Below, piece after piece: positions 1-9,207 of a stretch of 24,923 nt of DNA. A program made the translations under genes and the position numbers. Source of the stretch: a virus (lineage: Duplodnaviria > Caudoviricetes); IMG/VR virus record IMGVR_UViG_3300048855_000214, positions 1 to 24,923 of that record; one strand, 5' to 3'. The notes below the pieces were generated by a model. It had not been told where the DNA came from, ran no database searches, and saw only the letters and a list, made by a program, of their open reading frames with translations. Every line of letters begins with the position of its first letter. Position 1 is the stretch's first letter.

Positions 1-1029
1 ATCTATCGCCGCGCCGAGGCTGAGCGCCAGGCTGGTCGCGACAGTAACAGGCTAGACCTGGCCAACGCCCGGCTCTCACAAGACAGAAACTTCACTGTTG
101 TCAGTGACAGCAGTCGCGCGCCAACGCTGGCAAGCCTTCGGAGTGAGCAGCAGCGCCAAGCTACAACACAGAGCTTGCAGGATGCGGTTATTGGGGCGCA
201 GGGCCAGGTGGACAATCGCCGCCAAGGCGCTGCCGCTGATCAGCAAATGAGGCAGGCGACACGGCTCGAAGATCTCTCGGCAAGAGCCTACGCGCCGAAT
301 GCGACTAGCGAGGATCGGGAAGCATTGTCTCGCGCCCAGGACCCGACAGGCGAAAAGGCGCTGGCCCGCCAACTCACTACGGCCAATATCAGCAAGATCC
401 AGGCAGACGCGAACAAAGCAAACAGCGAGGCTAACGGGCCTATCGCAGGACAGAAGGCGCAGCTCAATCAGCTTGATATCGAGAAACGGCAGGCAGAGGC
501 TGCTACCGCCGCGCGCGAACGAGTCACGCAGCGGACTGGGGCTTTGGACATCGCGAAGGATGCTCAGAAGCTGGTTTCCGAGATCAACGATTCTAAAAGG
601 CTGGGCGACATCACCGGCACTATAAACTCGAAATTGCCGACTCTGAATAATGACTCGCAAGACCTGGTCAATAAGGCAAGCAGACTCCAGACTCTGTTGA
701 CCGCCGACAATCTCAAACTGATGACAGGTGTTCTGACCGATCGCGATATCACGTTCCTGTCGCAGATCGGAGCTGGTCTTGGCATCGGTGACGGCGGGAT
801 AAATGGATCGATCGAAGGGACTAAGCAGCGACTAGGCGAAATCAGCACCCGTCTGGGCGAGAAGATCGCCAGCTATGAAAGCGGAAACCAAGCGAACCAA
901 GCAGACGCGAGTCGTGCGGCCGCGTCATCTGCGCCGACGGCTCAGGGCCTGCGGATCGGTGAAATCCGCCAAGGCTACGCGTACCTCGGCGGCGACCCTT
1001 CCCAGAAATCCAGCTGGAGGGCACAGTAA
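1..1029 (+). CDS. Phage internal virion/DNA-ejection protein, 5'-truncated by the window edge
   Basis: Frame is open from base 1, so the track start at 175 is internal. Gln/Ala-rich helical composition. C-terminal GEIRQGYAYLGGDP..SSW motif is typical of phage ejection proteins. TAATG-coupled to the next gene. Confidence 0.65.
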   Translation: MYRRAEAERQAGRDSNRLDLANARLSQDRNFTVVSDSSRAPTLASLRSEQQRQATTQSLQDAVIGAQGQVDNRRQGAAADQQMRQATRLEDLSARAYAPNATSEDREALSRAQDPTGEKALARQLTTANISKIQADANKANSEANGPIAGQKAQLNQLDIEKRQAEAATAARERVTQRTGALDIAKDAQKLVSEINDSKRLGDITGTINSKLPTLNNDSQDLVNKASRLQTLLTADNLKLMTGVLTDRDITFLSQIGAGLGIGDGGINGSIEGTKQRLGEISTRLGEKIASYESGNQANQADASRAAASSAPTAQGLRIGEIRQGYAYLGGDPSQKSSWRAQ

Positions 1030-3440
1030 TGGCAGGTCCGTGGGAAGAGTTTCAGACCCAGGCTGAAGGCATGGTTCGGCCGGCGGATTCCCCGGCGGCG
1101 GCCCAGATGGATTCCGGACCCTGGACGGCTTTTCAATCGCCACCAGCACGTTCTTCAGCGGCATCCATTGTCGAAGCAGTTGCGCCAAAGTCATTGCCGG
1201 CGGTAGCTCCGGCGGCCTCAATAGGAACCGGCCCAGCAGCGACCCAGGCGGCCGTCCTAAGAGAGCCCGCAACGTCAACGCCTCAGGTTGGTGCCGGTGA
1301 GGCGTTCCTGCGCGGCGCGGGTGACGGGCTGACGTTCGGTTTCTCCGATGAGCTCCTTGGCGGTGCATCTGCTGCCCTCCAACCCATCTTCGGCACCGGC
1401 GATGACTCGGGATCGTTCAGCGATCGGTTTGATAAAAACGTTGATGAGCAACGTGCTCTGCTTAAAGCAGGTATGGATCAACAGCCGGTTGCATCGATTG
1501 CGGGAGGTCTTGTCGGCGGAATCGCGCCCGCGATTGCTACGGGCGGTTTGTCCACTGGCGCTTCCTTGGCAGCCAACGTGGGGCGGGGCGCGCTAGTCGG
1601 TGCTGGTTGGGGCGGGGCATATGGGCTTGGCTCAGCCGAGGGTGATCTGGTCGCACGCTTACCCGAAGCGGCAGCTGGCGCAGCGCTTGGCGGCGCGCTG
1701 GGCGGAGCAGTCCCCGCGGTGGTAGGCGGCGCAGGTAAGGTAATCCGAAAGTCCGCAGATGACGTGCAGGCCAAGTTGACAGCTCAACAGGCTGAGGCTC
1801 AGGCGGCGCGGGATGCTCAAGCAGCGGCCAACGCAGCTGGCAGAACAGTCGACGTAGTGTCGGATCGGGAAGCTGCTGTTCAGTCCGTCGCTGATGCGGC
1901 GCTTTCGCCCTCAAGGAACAGTGCGGCGGCGCTTTCGAGTCTTGCGGAAGAAGTCGCTCCCAACCAGCAAATTCTAGACGCGGCAGGCCGCCTGGGTGTT
2001 AAAGACCAGCTGATACCATCTCAGTACTCACGAAGCCAGGCGTACCGAGAGATCGAGCAGGCGCTTGCGTCTATCCCTGGAAGCTCGCTTAACGTCCAGC
2101 AGAAGGAAGCGTCCAAGGCGTTGGCCCAGAAAGCTGACGACCTGATCACGCAGTACGGCGGCACCATCGACAAGGCCGGTCTATCTGACAAGTTCCGCGA
2201 GGACAGCCTCAAGGCGATCGGCGATGTGGAGAGGCGCTCTGACGAGTTGTACAGCAAGGTAAGCGCAGCGATCCCCCCGACCACACCAACCTCGCCTACG
2301 TTTACTGTTGCATACCTGAATGGGAAGCTTAGTGAGCTCGGAGATAGAAACCTGCTTAGCGCCGCAGAACGACGCGCGCTCTCCAGTCTGAGTCGCGTTG
2401 ATGATAACGGCGCCCCCATTCCCACCACCTACGCCGCGCTCGACAGGATCCGCAAGCAGGTGGGTGAAGGCTTAAGAGGAACCGGCCCTTTCAAGGACTC
2501 TGAAAGCGGATCGCTTAAGCGACTCTATGCCTCACTCAATGATGATCAGCAGCTCACAGCTGACGCGATGGGTGTGGGTGGCGAGTTCACTATGGCCAAG
2601 TCCTTGGTGGCTCAGCGCAAAGGTATGGAAGAGAACTTGGTCGACCTGATCGGCAAGGACTTTTCCGGTGCATTGACCGCTACGGTAGGACGGGCAACAA
2701 ATCAGCTTGGCAAAGGCGACTTCAAAGCCTTCGACCGTACGTTCGAAAAAATTCCTCCTGCGGCCCGTCAGCAGTTCATGCTTACCGCCCTGAATGACGT
2801 TTTCACAGCAGGCAGCCGGGCCGAGCAGAGGCTTAGCGCGCCGGGGTTTGTGGATTGGTACGACCGCCTCAGCCGAAACACTGAGGCCAAGAAGCGCTTA
2901 ACAGACAATCTCCCGCCCGCAGCGGTCAAAACGCTCGACGATATTGCGACTGTTGCTCGCGGGATGCGCGAAGCAGGGAAAGAGCGAATCACTACCGGGC
3001 GATTGAACTCGCTGAAAATCCTCGAGGACTACGCAGAGGAGGGGGGGCTGCTTTCCAAGGTATGGAACACCACGAAAAAGGTCGGTGTCGCGGAAGGCGC
3101 GACCACTGCGCTTGGGTTCCCTGGTGCCGGTACGGTTGGCGTCATGGCTAAAGCGCTGTCTACCGACCGACAGCCTATCAACCAAGCGGCTGAAAAACTC
3201 ATGGGGAGTCAGCGCTTCAAGGACGCAATCTACGCGGCTACCAACACTGACGGGGCTCAGATCGGAAGGATGCAAGCCAAAGAAGCGCAGCTGATGCGCA
3301 CGCTAGCCTATCGTAACTGGTATGCGAATCTCGGTGAGAATGCGAAAACGCAGATTGGAGCAGTAGGCCCGATCGCCTACCTCACCAGTCCGGCGCGCCC
3401 GGAGCCGCTGGAGCTACCGGCTACCACTGTCACGCCGTAA
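1029..3440 (+). CDS. Large phage DNA transfer/ejection protein (P22 gp16-like position and character), 803 aa
   Basis: Long ORF with GPW repeats at the N-terminus, a Gly/Ala-rich hydrophobic segment and a helical body; last gene of the ejection cluster. Confidence 0.7.
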   Translation: MAGPWEEFQTQAEGMVRPADSPAAAQMDSGPWTAFQSPPARSSAASIVEAVAPKSLPAVAPAASIGTGPAATQAAVLREPATSTPQVGAGEAFLRGAGDGLTFGFSDELLGGASAALQPIFGTGDDSGSFSDRFDKNVDEQRALLKAGMDQQPVASIAGGLVGGIAPAIATGGLSTGASLAANVGRGALVGAGWGGAYGLGSAEGDLVARLPEAAAGAALGGALGGAVPAVVGGAGKVIRKSADDVQAKLTAQQAEAQAARDAQAAANAAGRTVDVVSDREAAVQSVADAALSPSRNSAAALSSLAEEVAPNQQILDAAGRLGVKDQLIPSQYSRSQAYREIEQALASIPGSSLNVQQKEASKALAQKADDLITQYGGTIDKAGLSDKFREDSLKAIGDVERRSDELYSKVSAAIPPTTPTSPTFTVAYLNGKLSELGDRNLLSAAERRALSSLSRVDDNGAPIPTTYAALDRIRKQVGEGLRGTGPFKDSESGSLKRLYASLNDDQQLTADAMGVGGEFTMAKSLVAQRKGMEENLVDLIGKDFSGALTATVGRATNQLGKGDFKAFDRTFEKIPPAARQQFMLTALNDVFTAGSRAEQRLSAPGFVDWYDRLSRNTEAKKRLTDNLPPAAVKTLDDIATVARGMREAGKERITTGRLNSLKILEDYAEEGGLLSKVWNTTKKVGVAEGATTALGFPGAGTVGVMAKALSTDRQPINQAAEKLMGSQRFKDAIYAATNTDGAQIGRMQAKEAQLMRTLAYRNWYANLGENAKTQIGAVGPIAYLTSPARPEPLELPATTVTP

Positions 3441-3448
3441 CCGATAAC

Positions 3449-3697
3449 ATGGTGCCTCACCTCGCAGAGGCGGGCGCTAGAGTCTTAACAGCTATGCGGT
3501 CTTGGAAAATCGGCTTTCGTCGATTGTGGCTTGTTCTATCAATAATTTGGTCAGTCTTTGCGGTTGGTTTCTCACTTCAGCAGAGTCAGGCAATGGCGTT
3601 TTTCTTCTGGGCAGGCATTGTCCCGGTGATTGCCATGTATTTTCTGCTCATGAGCATTTCATGGGTCATAGAAGGTTTCGCCAAAACTGATCGCTAA
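3449..3697 (+). CDS. Small two-TM membrane protein (moron; start uncertain, possibly the later Met of MRSWKIG)
   Basis: GFRRLWLVLSIIW and FFFWAGIVPVIAMYFLLMSISWVIEGF hydrophobic helices. Confidence 0.6.
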   Translation: MVPHLAEAGARVLTAMRSWKIGFRRLWLVLSIIWSVFAVGFSLQQSQAMAFFFWAGIVPVIAMYFLLMSISWVIEGFAKTDR

Positions 3698-3715
3698 TCC
3701 TCGCAAGGAAGCTTC

Positions 3716-4135
3716 ATGATCAAAAAATATTTCGCTTTCGCTACTTTTGCCTCCCTGCTTACGGCCTTCGCGGCGTCCGCTCATGCTGATGTGCTTCGCG
3801 ATTATCAATGCACAATTGAGCGAACTGCGTCCTCGCAGTATGCGGAAGGGAAGCCTCAGCAAGACCAAGACGGAGCTTACATAGGCAAGCAGTTCTCAGT
3901 GAATCGCCAGTCTGGAGTGATGACTGGGACCTTGAAAAACGCATATCTTGCTCAGCCGGTTGTCCTAGATCATGGTTCGAATGAAAACGCTTTCAAGGCA
4001 GTGACAACCTTCAAACAGGGGGTCGGGTCATCAATCTCCGTGATCAACGTGTCCGAATTCGCCGACGCACCGAAAAAGCCGTTCATCTACACCAGTGATA
4101 GCGAAGCTTATTTCGGACATTGCTTGCATTACTAG
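3716..4135 (+). CDS. Exported hypothetical protein, 139 aa
   Basis: AAGGAAG RBS; Sec-type signal peptide (KK, hydrophobic core, AHA|D cleavage site); two Cys near the termini of the mature chain. Confidence 0.75.
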   Translation: MIKKYFAFATFASLLTAFAASAHADVLRDYQCTIERTASSQYAEGKPQQDQDGAYIGKQFSVNRQSGVMTGTLKNAYLAQPVVLDHGSNENAFKAVTTFKQGVGSSISVINVSEFADAPKKPFIYTSDSEAYFGHCLHY

Positions 4136-4326
4136 CAGACCGATCGGAACCAGAGCCTCATGATCTTGCTGGTCGGGGGGGGCAGGCGCCGTTGCAGGCT
4201 ATGGGTGGCGCTAGGGAGACGGTCGTAGGTCGACGCAGGGGTGTTCTGCTATGGTGGAATGTCATCCTGTGGTGGGTCGGAGTATTAGGCTGTATAGTCA
4301 GCGCGTATAGCAATGTGAGGTCAGCC

Positions 4327-5100
4327 ATGAGCGGCGCAACACCTAAGCGGAAAATCTCTGAGATCACCGATCAGGTCAACAGGATGGGCCGGGAGCTTAT
4401 GGATGGCGAATCGCTCAACATGCTTGCTTGGCGTCGAATTTTCAAAGATCTTGAAGTACTGGATTCAGTTCCAGATCAACGTGCAGAATCTTTGCTGCTG
4501 AGAGTAGTGCTCTGGGGGTTTAGAAATGACCGTGAGAATGCTCTTCGCCTCCTGAATATTTATGCTGGCCTCTACGGAAAAGACCAGGATTGGCACATGA
4601 TCAGGTCAACGCTTGCGCCAATGTTTGGTGACGCAGGTATTGTCGCTGAGTTAATTCAATCGGCCTACCCAGCAGGAAGTCCTCGCGACCTCGGCAAGGT
4701 AGTGACACTGTGCAGTCATGTGGGGCTTTTCGTAAGTGCTGATAGGGCAATTACGGACATTTCCAAGCTCAATCCTGAGAAAGCCCAGGAAGTTGCTGCA
4801 GAGTATTATTTTATTCCAGAAGCAGCGCGATATATAAAAGAGCACTCCGTCTCTGAGAGAGATGTCGCTGATCGAGTTACAATGGCTGCTCAAATACTGT
4901 TGTCAAAAGGATATCCGCTTACCCATTTCATTGTAGAAGTTGACGACTTTGGCATTGCTTTTAGGTTTGTCGTTGACGACGTCGTGAGCAAACTGGTCGA
5001 GCTGGATTTGTCTATCTCGGATGCTTTAGCGGAAGCCTTTGAGCAATCTCTCTCCGAGCATCTTTGCATTAATATCACTCCGCATGAAGAGGTCGCTTGA
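4327..5100 (+). CDS. Hypothetical alpha-helical protein, partner of the downstream HEPN gene, 257 aa
   Basis: GTGAGG RBS before ATG 4327 (track start 4120 is an unlikely extension); stop directly abuts the next ATG (TGAATG). Confidence 0.75.
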   Translation: MSGATPKRKISEITDQVNRMGRELMDGESLNMLAWRRIFKDLEVLDSVPDQRAESLLLRVVLWGFRNDRENALRLLNIYAGLYGKDQDWHMIRSTLAPMFGDAGIVAELIQSAYPAGSPRDLGKVVTLCSHVGLFVSADRAITDISKLNPEKAQEVAAEYYFIPEAARYIKEHSVSERDVADRVTMAAQILLSKGYPLTHFIVEVDDFGIAFRFVVDDVVSKLVELDLSISDALAEAFEQSLSEHLCINITPHEEVA

Positions 5101-5475
5101 ATGCCGGTGACCCCAGCGCAATTCATGGAATCGGCAGCAGCAGTTGTTAACCAGCCAGACACGTCGGAAATTGACTTAAGAAATGCCGGTAGTAGAGCCT
5201 ACTATGCACTTTTCCACACCGCTACGCAGGTTCTGAAGAAGTCAGGCGTATTAATGGAGATTTTGGATAATTCTGGTAGTCATGAGCGAGTGATAGCGAC
5301 TCTTTGCAAATTGAGCTTGCCCGCGAAATCTGTGGCCGTGGCCATCGGCGATGTTAAACGGTTCCGTCATATCTGTGATTACAAAACGGAAAAAACGGTA
5401 GGCGTCAAGGAGGCGCAGTTCCAAGTAGCGAAAGCACGCGCCTTGATAGAGCGACTAGAGCGCCTGAAGCTCTAA
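5101..5475 (+). CDS. HEPN-domain protein (UPF0332-like), 124 aa
   Basis: Motifs RNAGSRAYYALFH, GSH and RHICDY match the SRAYYA.H / R...DY pattern of this HEPN subfamily. Confidence 0.75.
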   Translation: MPVTPAQFMESAAAVVNQPDTSEIDLRNAGSRAYYALFHTATQVLKKSGVLMEILDNSGSHERVIATLCKLSLPAKSVAVAIGDVKRFRHICDYKTEKTVGVKEAQFQVAKARALIERLERLKL

Positions 5476-5850
5476 GGATATCGATAAGTCTAGTTGCCCG
5501 ACGGGCGTTGAGTCATGGTCCGGTGTGGTGATGCGCTTTCGAATTAACCGCTGTTCCCACAGGCGATCAAAACCCGCGGACGCGATCCCTTTCTTCGACG
5601 TATCCCCGCCAAACTTGCCCCTTTGCTGTGTGGTGGCTGGTTGCTGCCTTCCAGTTTGCAGAGGGCCAGGTCCCTGAATCCTGCCTCGTAATCTTCATTG
5701 CGTTTGTCGCGCCCATTCCGATTTCCGTACATCTTCGAGTCGAAGTGGGTAATCCTAACGGCGGGGTCCCACCATCTTTGCCCATATCTAATTGTCTCTT
5801 TCCATCCCGCTCCAGTCACATACGCTCGCCGGAAATCGCAGGAGATTTCC

Positions 5851-6456
5851 ATGGGCGCACCGGTCGTCGACATCAACATAGTTCGAGGCAAAACCTTCGA
5901 GTTTCTTTTTAGATACGCCGAACCTGCTCTTGTCTACGTTGCCATTTCCGGCATGCCAAGCTTTGCGCCCGTGCGCCTATCAGTGCCTTTTCACGGTATC
6001 CCAGATGGCTGGCCCGTCCGCATTGAAGGTGTGCGCCAGCCCCTTGAACTGAATACGCCAGAGGATGAATTCCAGTTCGCGACTGTGATAGACGCCTCAA
6101 CCATTGAGCTGAACGCCGTGCGCGCCGATCAATGGCGCACTTACACCGCAGGCGGCTCTGTCATCTTCAACCGTCCTTTTGATCTAACTTCCTGTTCTGC
6201 ACGTATGCAGATCCGTGGATCTGTGGGCGGTCAGGCGCTGCTCAGCCTGAGCTCCGACCCAGAGGAAACCCGTGATGGAGAAATTCAGATCGATACTGCC
6301 CTCTCGGGCCTGGCTGTTCGCTTGAGCCCAACGGTCACTGCGGCAATCGAGTGGTCGCGCGGAGTTTACGACCTGGAGCTGATCACCCCGGACGGCAACA
6401 TCTATCCCATCACCGCGATAAGCAAAGTCACTGTCGGAAATGAGGTGACACGATGA
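5851..6456 (+). CDS. Phage tail-associated/fibre-attachment structural protein, 201 aa
   Basis: GGAG RBS before ATG 5851; PFDLTSCSARMQIR and GVYDLEL motifs typical of phage beta-sandwich adaptor proteins; heads a translationally coupled cluster. Confidence 0.65.
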   Translation: MGAPVVDINIVRGKTFEFLFRYAEPALVYVAISGMPSFAPVRLSVPFHGIPDGWPVRIEGVRQPLELNTPEDEFQFATVIDASTIELNAVRADQWRTYTAGGSVIFNRPFDLTSCSARMQIRGSVGGQALLSLSSDPEETRDGEIQIDTALSGLAVRLSPTVTAAIEWSRGVYDLELITPDGNIYPITAISKVTVGNEVTR

Positions 6457-6917
6457 ACTCCGCGTTCGTTATCCAGGGATCTTCAAGCTGCTGCGTTCGC
6501 CGGGGCGGTGCGTTCACGATCATGGCAGGGCAACGCGGAGCTCAAGGTCGGCCTGGTACCGACACCGGAGGCGGGGTTCAGACGGTGATTCGATCCGCGG
6601 GGGAAACCGTCAGCGCTCTGCGGGTTGTTTTCGAGAGCCAGGCCAAGGCGTTTCTCGCTGACCCTGCGACGGAGTCTGTGCTTCAGGTTCTGGGCGTTTC
6701 ACTAACTACCGGCGAAGCAGCATCTGAGCTAACCATTCAAACCATGGGCTTCATTGACGACCCGGCATGGACCTGGGCTGAAGGTCTGGTGTTCTGCGGA
6801 TCGCAAGGCGTTCTGACTCAAATACCCCCAACAGAAGGGTGGGAGCTTGTTGTGGGGTTCGCCTCAAGTCCAACCCGCCTGAATCTTGATTTTAACGAGC
6901 CAGTGCTGCTGGCGTAG
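6453..6917 (+). CDS. Phage structural protein (decoration/fibre-like)
   Basis: ATGA overlap; short collagen-like GQRGAQGRPG; AGETVSALRVV...G.LTQ.PP...VGFA pattern. Confidence 0.6.
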   Translation: MNSAFVIQGSSSCCVRRGGAFTIMAGQRGAQGRPGTDTGGGVQTVIRSAGETVSALRVVFESQAKAFLADPATESVLQVLGVSLTTGEAASELTIQTMGFIDDPAWTWAEGLVFCGSQGVLTQIPPTEGWELVVGFASSPTRLNLDFNEPVLLA

Positions 6918-6926
6918 GAGAGCAAC

Positions 6927-7442
6927 GTGGTAGACAAGGTCCTTCGCCGGGTAAACGGCAGAACCGAGCAATACACACCCGCAGTGGCTTCGGCCGGAGC
7001 TGCCGATTCCGGCAAGCTCGTGGCCCTTGGCTCGGACGGCAAACTGGACCCCTCGACATACAACGCAGGCTCTGGCGTTTCGACCACGCCGTACCCAGCG
7101 ACCGAGGCCATTGGTGCCGGCAAGTTCGTGAACATCTATGCGAACGCCGGAGTTATGAGCGTGCGGCTGGCGGACAACTCAAACAACCGCCCGGCGCACG
7201 GCTTTGTGATCGCTGCAGTAGCGAACGCAGCGCAGGCAGCGGTCTATGACCTGGACGCAACGAACACGGCGCTGACTGGGCTCACTGTGGGCGCAACCTA
7301 TTACCTGGGCACCGCCGGCGGCGTAATCACCCCAGCACTGGATGCGACTACCGCTGCGGTCGGCGCGATCGACCAGAAGCTGGGCTTCGCGCGCTCCGCC
7401 ACTGAGCTGAAGACCGACGATTTCGACTTCGTGGTGCTGTAA
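6927..7442 (+). CDS. Phage structural protein (decoration/fibre-like)
   Basis: GGAG RBS plus GTG; ATEAIGAG.FVN, GLTVGATYYL and QKLGFA pattern resembling the preceding gene. Confidence 0.65.
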   Translation: MVDKVLRRVNGRTEQYTPAVASAGAADSGKLVALGSDGKLDPSTYNAGSGVSTTPYPATEAIGAGKFVNIYANAGVMSVRLADNSNNRPAHGFVIAAVANAAQAAVYDLDATNTALTGLTVGATYYLGTAGGVITPALDATTAAVGAIDQKLGFARSATELKTDDFDFVVL

Positions 7443-9067
7443 TGGTCGACCGTTACCTACTGGTTCGCAAGGACGGCCAGGCCGCCCAGATCCCGGCGGG
7501 TGACGCGATTCGCCTGCGGGGGGTGCTGCGGCACGCAGCACCGATGCCAGGCGGAGTGGACGCCAGTAACTACCTGCCCGTCGACGATGTATCCAGCAAC
7601 ACGATCCAGGTCACCAGCGCGGTGAACATCGAACGGCTGACCGGCGGCCGGCAAGGCGAACGGCGCACGCTGATGTTCACGGCCGACGGCGCGGTGCTGG
7701 TACGCAGCCTGTACCTGGTCCTGGTCGGATCTACCGGGAACATTGCCACCGCGGCCGGCGATAGCTGTGAGTTCATCAAAACATCCTCCAGCGAAAACGT
7801 CTGGACCATGCTCAGCTACACCCGTGCCTCGGGCGCCGCATTGGTCGGAGCGCCTGACGCGACCAAGCTCCCGTTGGACGGGAGCAAGCAGATGACAGGC
7901 GGCCTCAACGAGGCGCCGATTGTTCCTGTCACCCTGACTGGTACCGGAATAAGCGTACTGAATCTTCAGTCGGCAGGACCCGCAAATACCTACACGGTAA
8001 CTGCGACGCAGGGCGCAAAGGGCATAAACGAGATATATGCACGTGCGGGGGTGGGCGCGAAGCGAACGCTTGTCTTTGGTACGCAGACGCAAGGCCAGAT
8101 CACGCTGTACCAGACCTTCGGCCTGTTGCTGACTCCGAACGCGATGGAGATCGTGGTCCGAGAGGGCGATACCTGCGAGTTGCTGTGCACCGTCGGAAGT
8201 ACGGACGGCTCTGTAGCGACCGAGGTGTGGAGGATCATCTCTTACACCCGGTTTGACGGCACCGCATTGGTAGCGAGCGCCGGGTCGGACGCGACGAAAT
8301 TGCCCCTCAACGGCAGCGTTCAGATGACCGGACAATTGCGCGAAGCTCCGATGGTCACCGACCTCGTAGCGGCTTCGGCGATGAATCTTCAGAACCTCAC
8401 TACTAACTACGTGCAGATCAACGGCGCGACGAGTGCGGTGACTATCAACACCTTGGGCGACGCGCCGAGCGGCTTGGACTTGGACGTTATCTTTGGCAAC
8501 GTGTTCAACGGCCTGACGCTGGCGCATTCCGATGGCACGGGAATACGGCTGCCGGGCGCGGCAAACATTACGGTATCGATTTACGACACCGCACGGTTCC
8601 GTTCCCGCGGGAACAACGCGTGGGACTGCCAGTTCTACCAGAAACGCAACGGCCAGGCGCTGGTGGCCTCCAGCCAAGGGCAGGTGTTCAGGTCCGAAAC
8701 GATCCAAGCGACGGTGGTCAACCAGACCTCGTTCACAGTGCCCAACGGCTACACCTCGGGCTCGATCTTGGTGTGGCTCAACGGCGCGCTGCTGCAGCCA
8801 GCAGAGTACACCGCCACCACCGGCACCACGGTCGTTCTGACGGTAGGTACGACATCCGCGCAAGACGTCATGCAGGTAGGCGTGCTGAGCGCCATACGGG
8901 CGCAGGACGACGCCCTCCTGCAAAGCACCGTAGCGGACTTGCCCGCAGCTTCGACCAGTCTGGCAAAGATCCGCTACTGCACGAACATGGCCGGCCGAGC
9001 AGGACCCGTGTACAGCGACGGCACCAGCTGGCGCCGGTTTGTCGATGACTCCGTGGTGACTGCCTAA
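7442..9067 (+). CDS. Tail/head fibre protein with three internal modules, 541 aa
   Basis: TAATG coupling; repeated W...Y.R..G.ALV and DATKLPL.GS.QMTG.L.EAP motifs; C-terminal AT..QTSF..Y..G...V.LNG fibre domain. Confidence 0.75.
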   Translation: MVDRYLLVRKDGQAAQIPAGDAIRLRGVLRHAAPMPGGVDASNYLPVDDVSSNTIQVTSAVNIERLTGGRQGERRTLMFTADGAVLVRSLYLVLVGSTGNIATAAGDSCEFIKTSSSENVWTMLSYTRASGAALVGAPDATKLPLDGSKQMTGGLNEAPIVPVTLTGTGISVLNLQSAGPANTYTVTATQGAKGINEIYARAGVGAKRTLVFGTQTQGQITLYQTFGLLLTPNAMEIVVREGDTCELLCTVGSTDGSVATEVWRIISYTRFDGTALVASAGSDATKLPLNGSVQMTGQLREAPMVTDLVAASAMNLQNLTTNYVQINGATSAVTINTLGDAPSGLDLDVIFGNVFNGLTLAHSDGTGIRLPGAANITVSIYDTARFRSRGNNAWDCQFYQKRNGQALVASSQGQVFRSETIQATVVNQTSFTVPNGYTSGSILVWLNGALLQPAEYTATTGTTVVLTVGTTSAQDVMQVGVLSAIRAQDDALLQSTVADLPAASTSLAKIRYCTNMAGRAGPVYSDGTSWRRFVDDSVVTA

Positions 9068-9204
9068 TGGCCTGTAACCCGTACCACGCGCGCATTGACA
9101 TCACGGCCAGCGGCAACCAGCAACTGAACTACATGCTGAATAGCATTCTTATCACCGTGGGCGGTCCTAAGACTCGCGTACGCGGCTATGTTTTTGATCG
9201 GTGA
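9067..9204 (+). CDS. 45-aa ORF missing from the track (MACNPYHARIDITASGNQQLNYMLNSILITVGGPKTRVRGYVFDR); possible fibre C-terminal remnant
   Basis: ATG overlaps the upstream TAA; TGA lies 3 nt before the next ATG; fills the gap exactly. Confidence 0.45.
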   Translation: MACNPYHARIDITASGNQQLNYMLNSILITVGGPKTRVRGYVFDR

Positions 9205-9207
9205 CTT

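Noticed and set aside
4120-4326. N-terminal extension of the 326-aa track ORF with an apparent TM segment
   Set aside because: TTG start overlapping the previous gene without an RBS; ATG 4327 has a good RBS.
5544-5891. Minus-strand ORFs (115 aa and 72 aa) between the HEPN gene and the tail cluster
   Set aside because: No recognisable motif or convincing RBS; could be a decayed moron, but this cannot be supported.
7457-8923. 488-aa minus-strand ORF
   Set aside because: Antisense shadow of the fibre gene, as is common with high-GC codon bias; no recognisable motifs.
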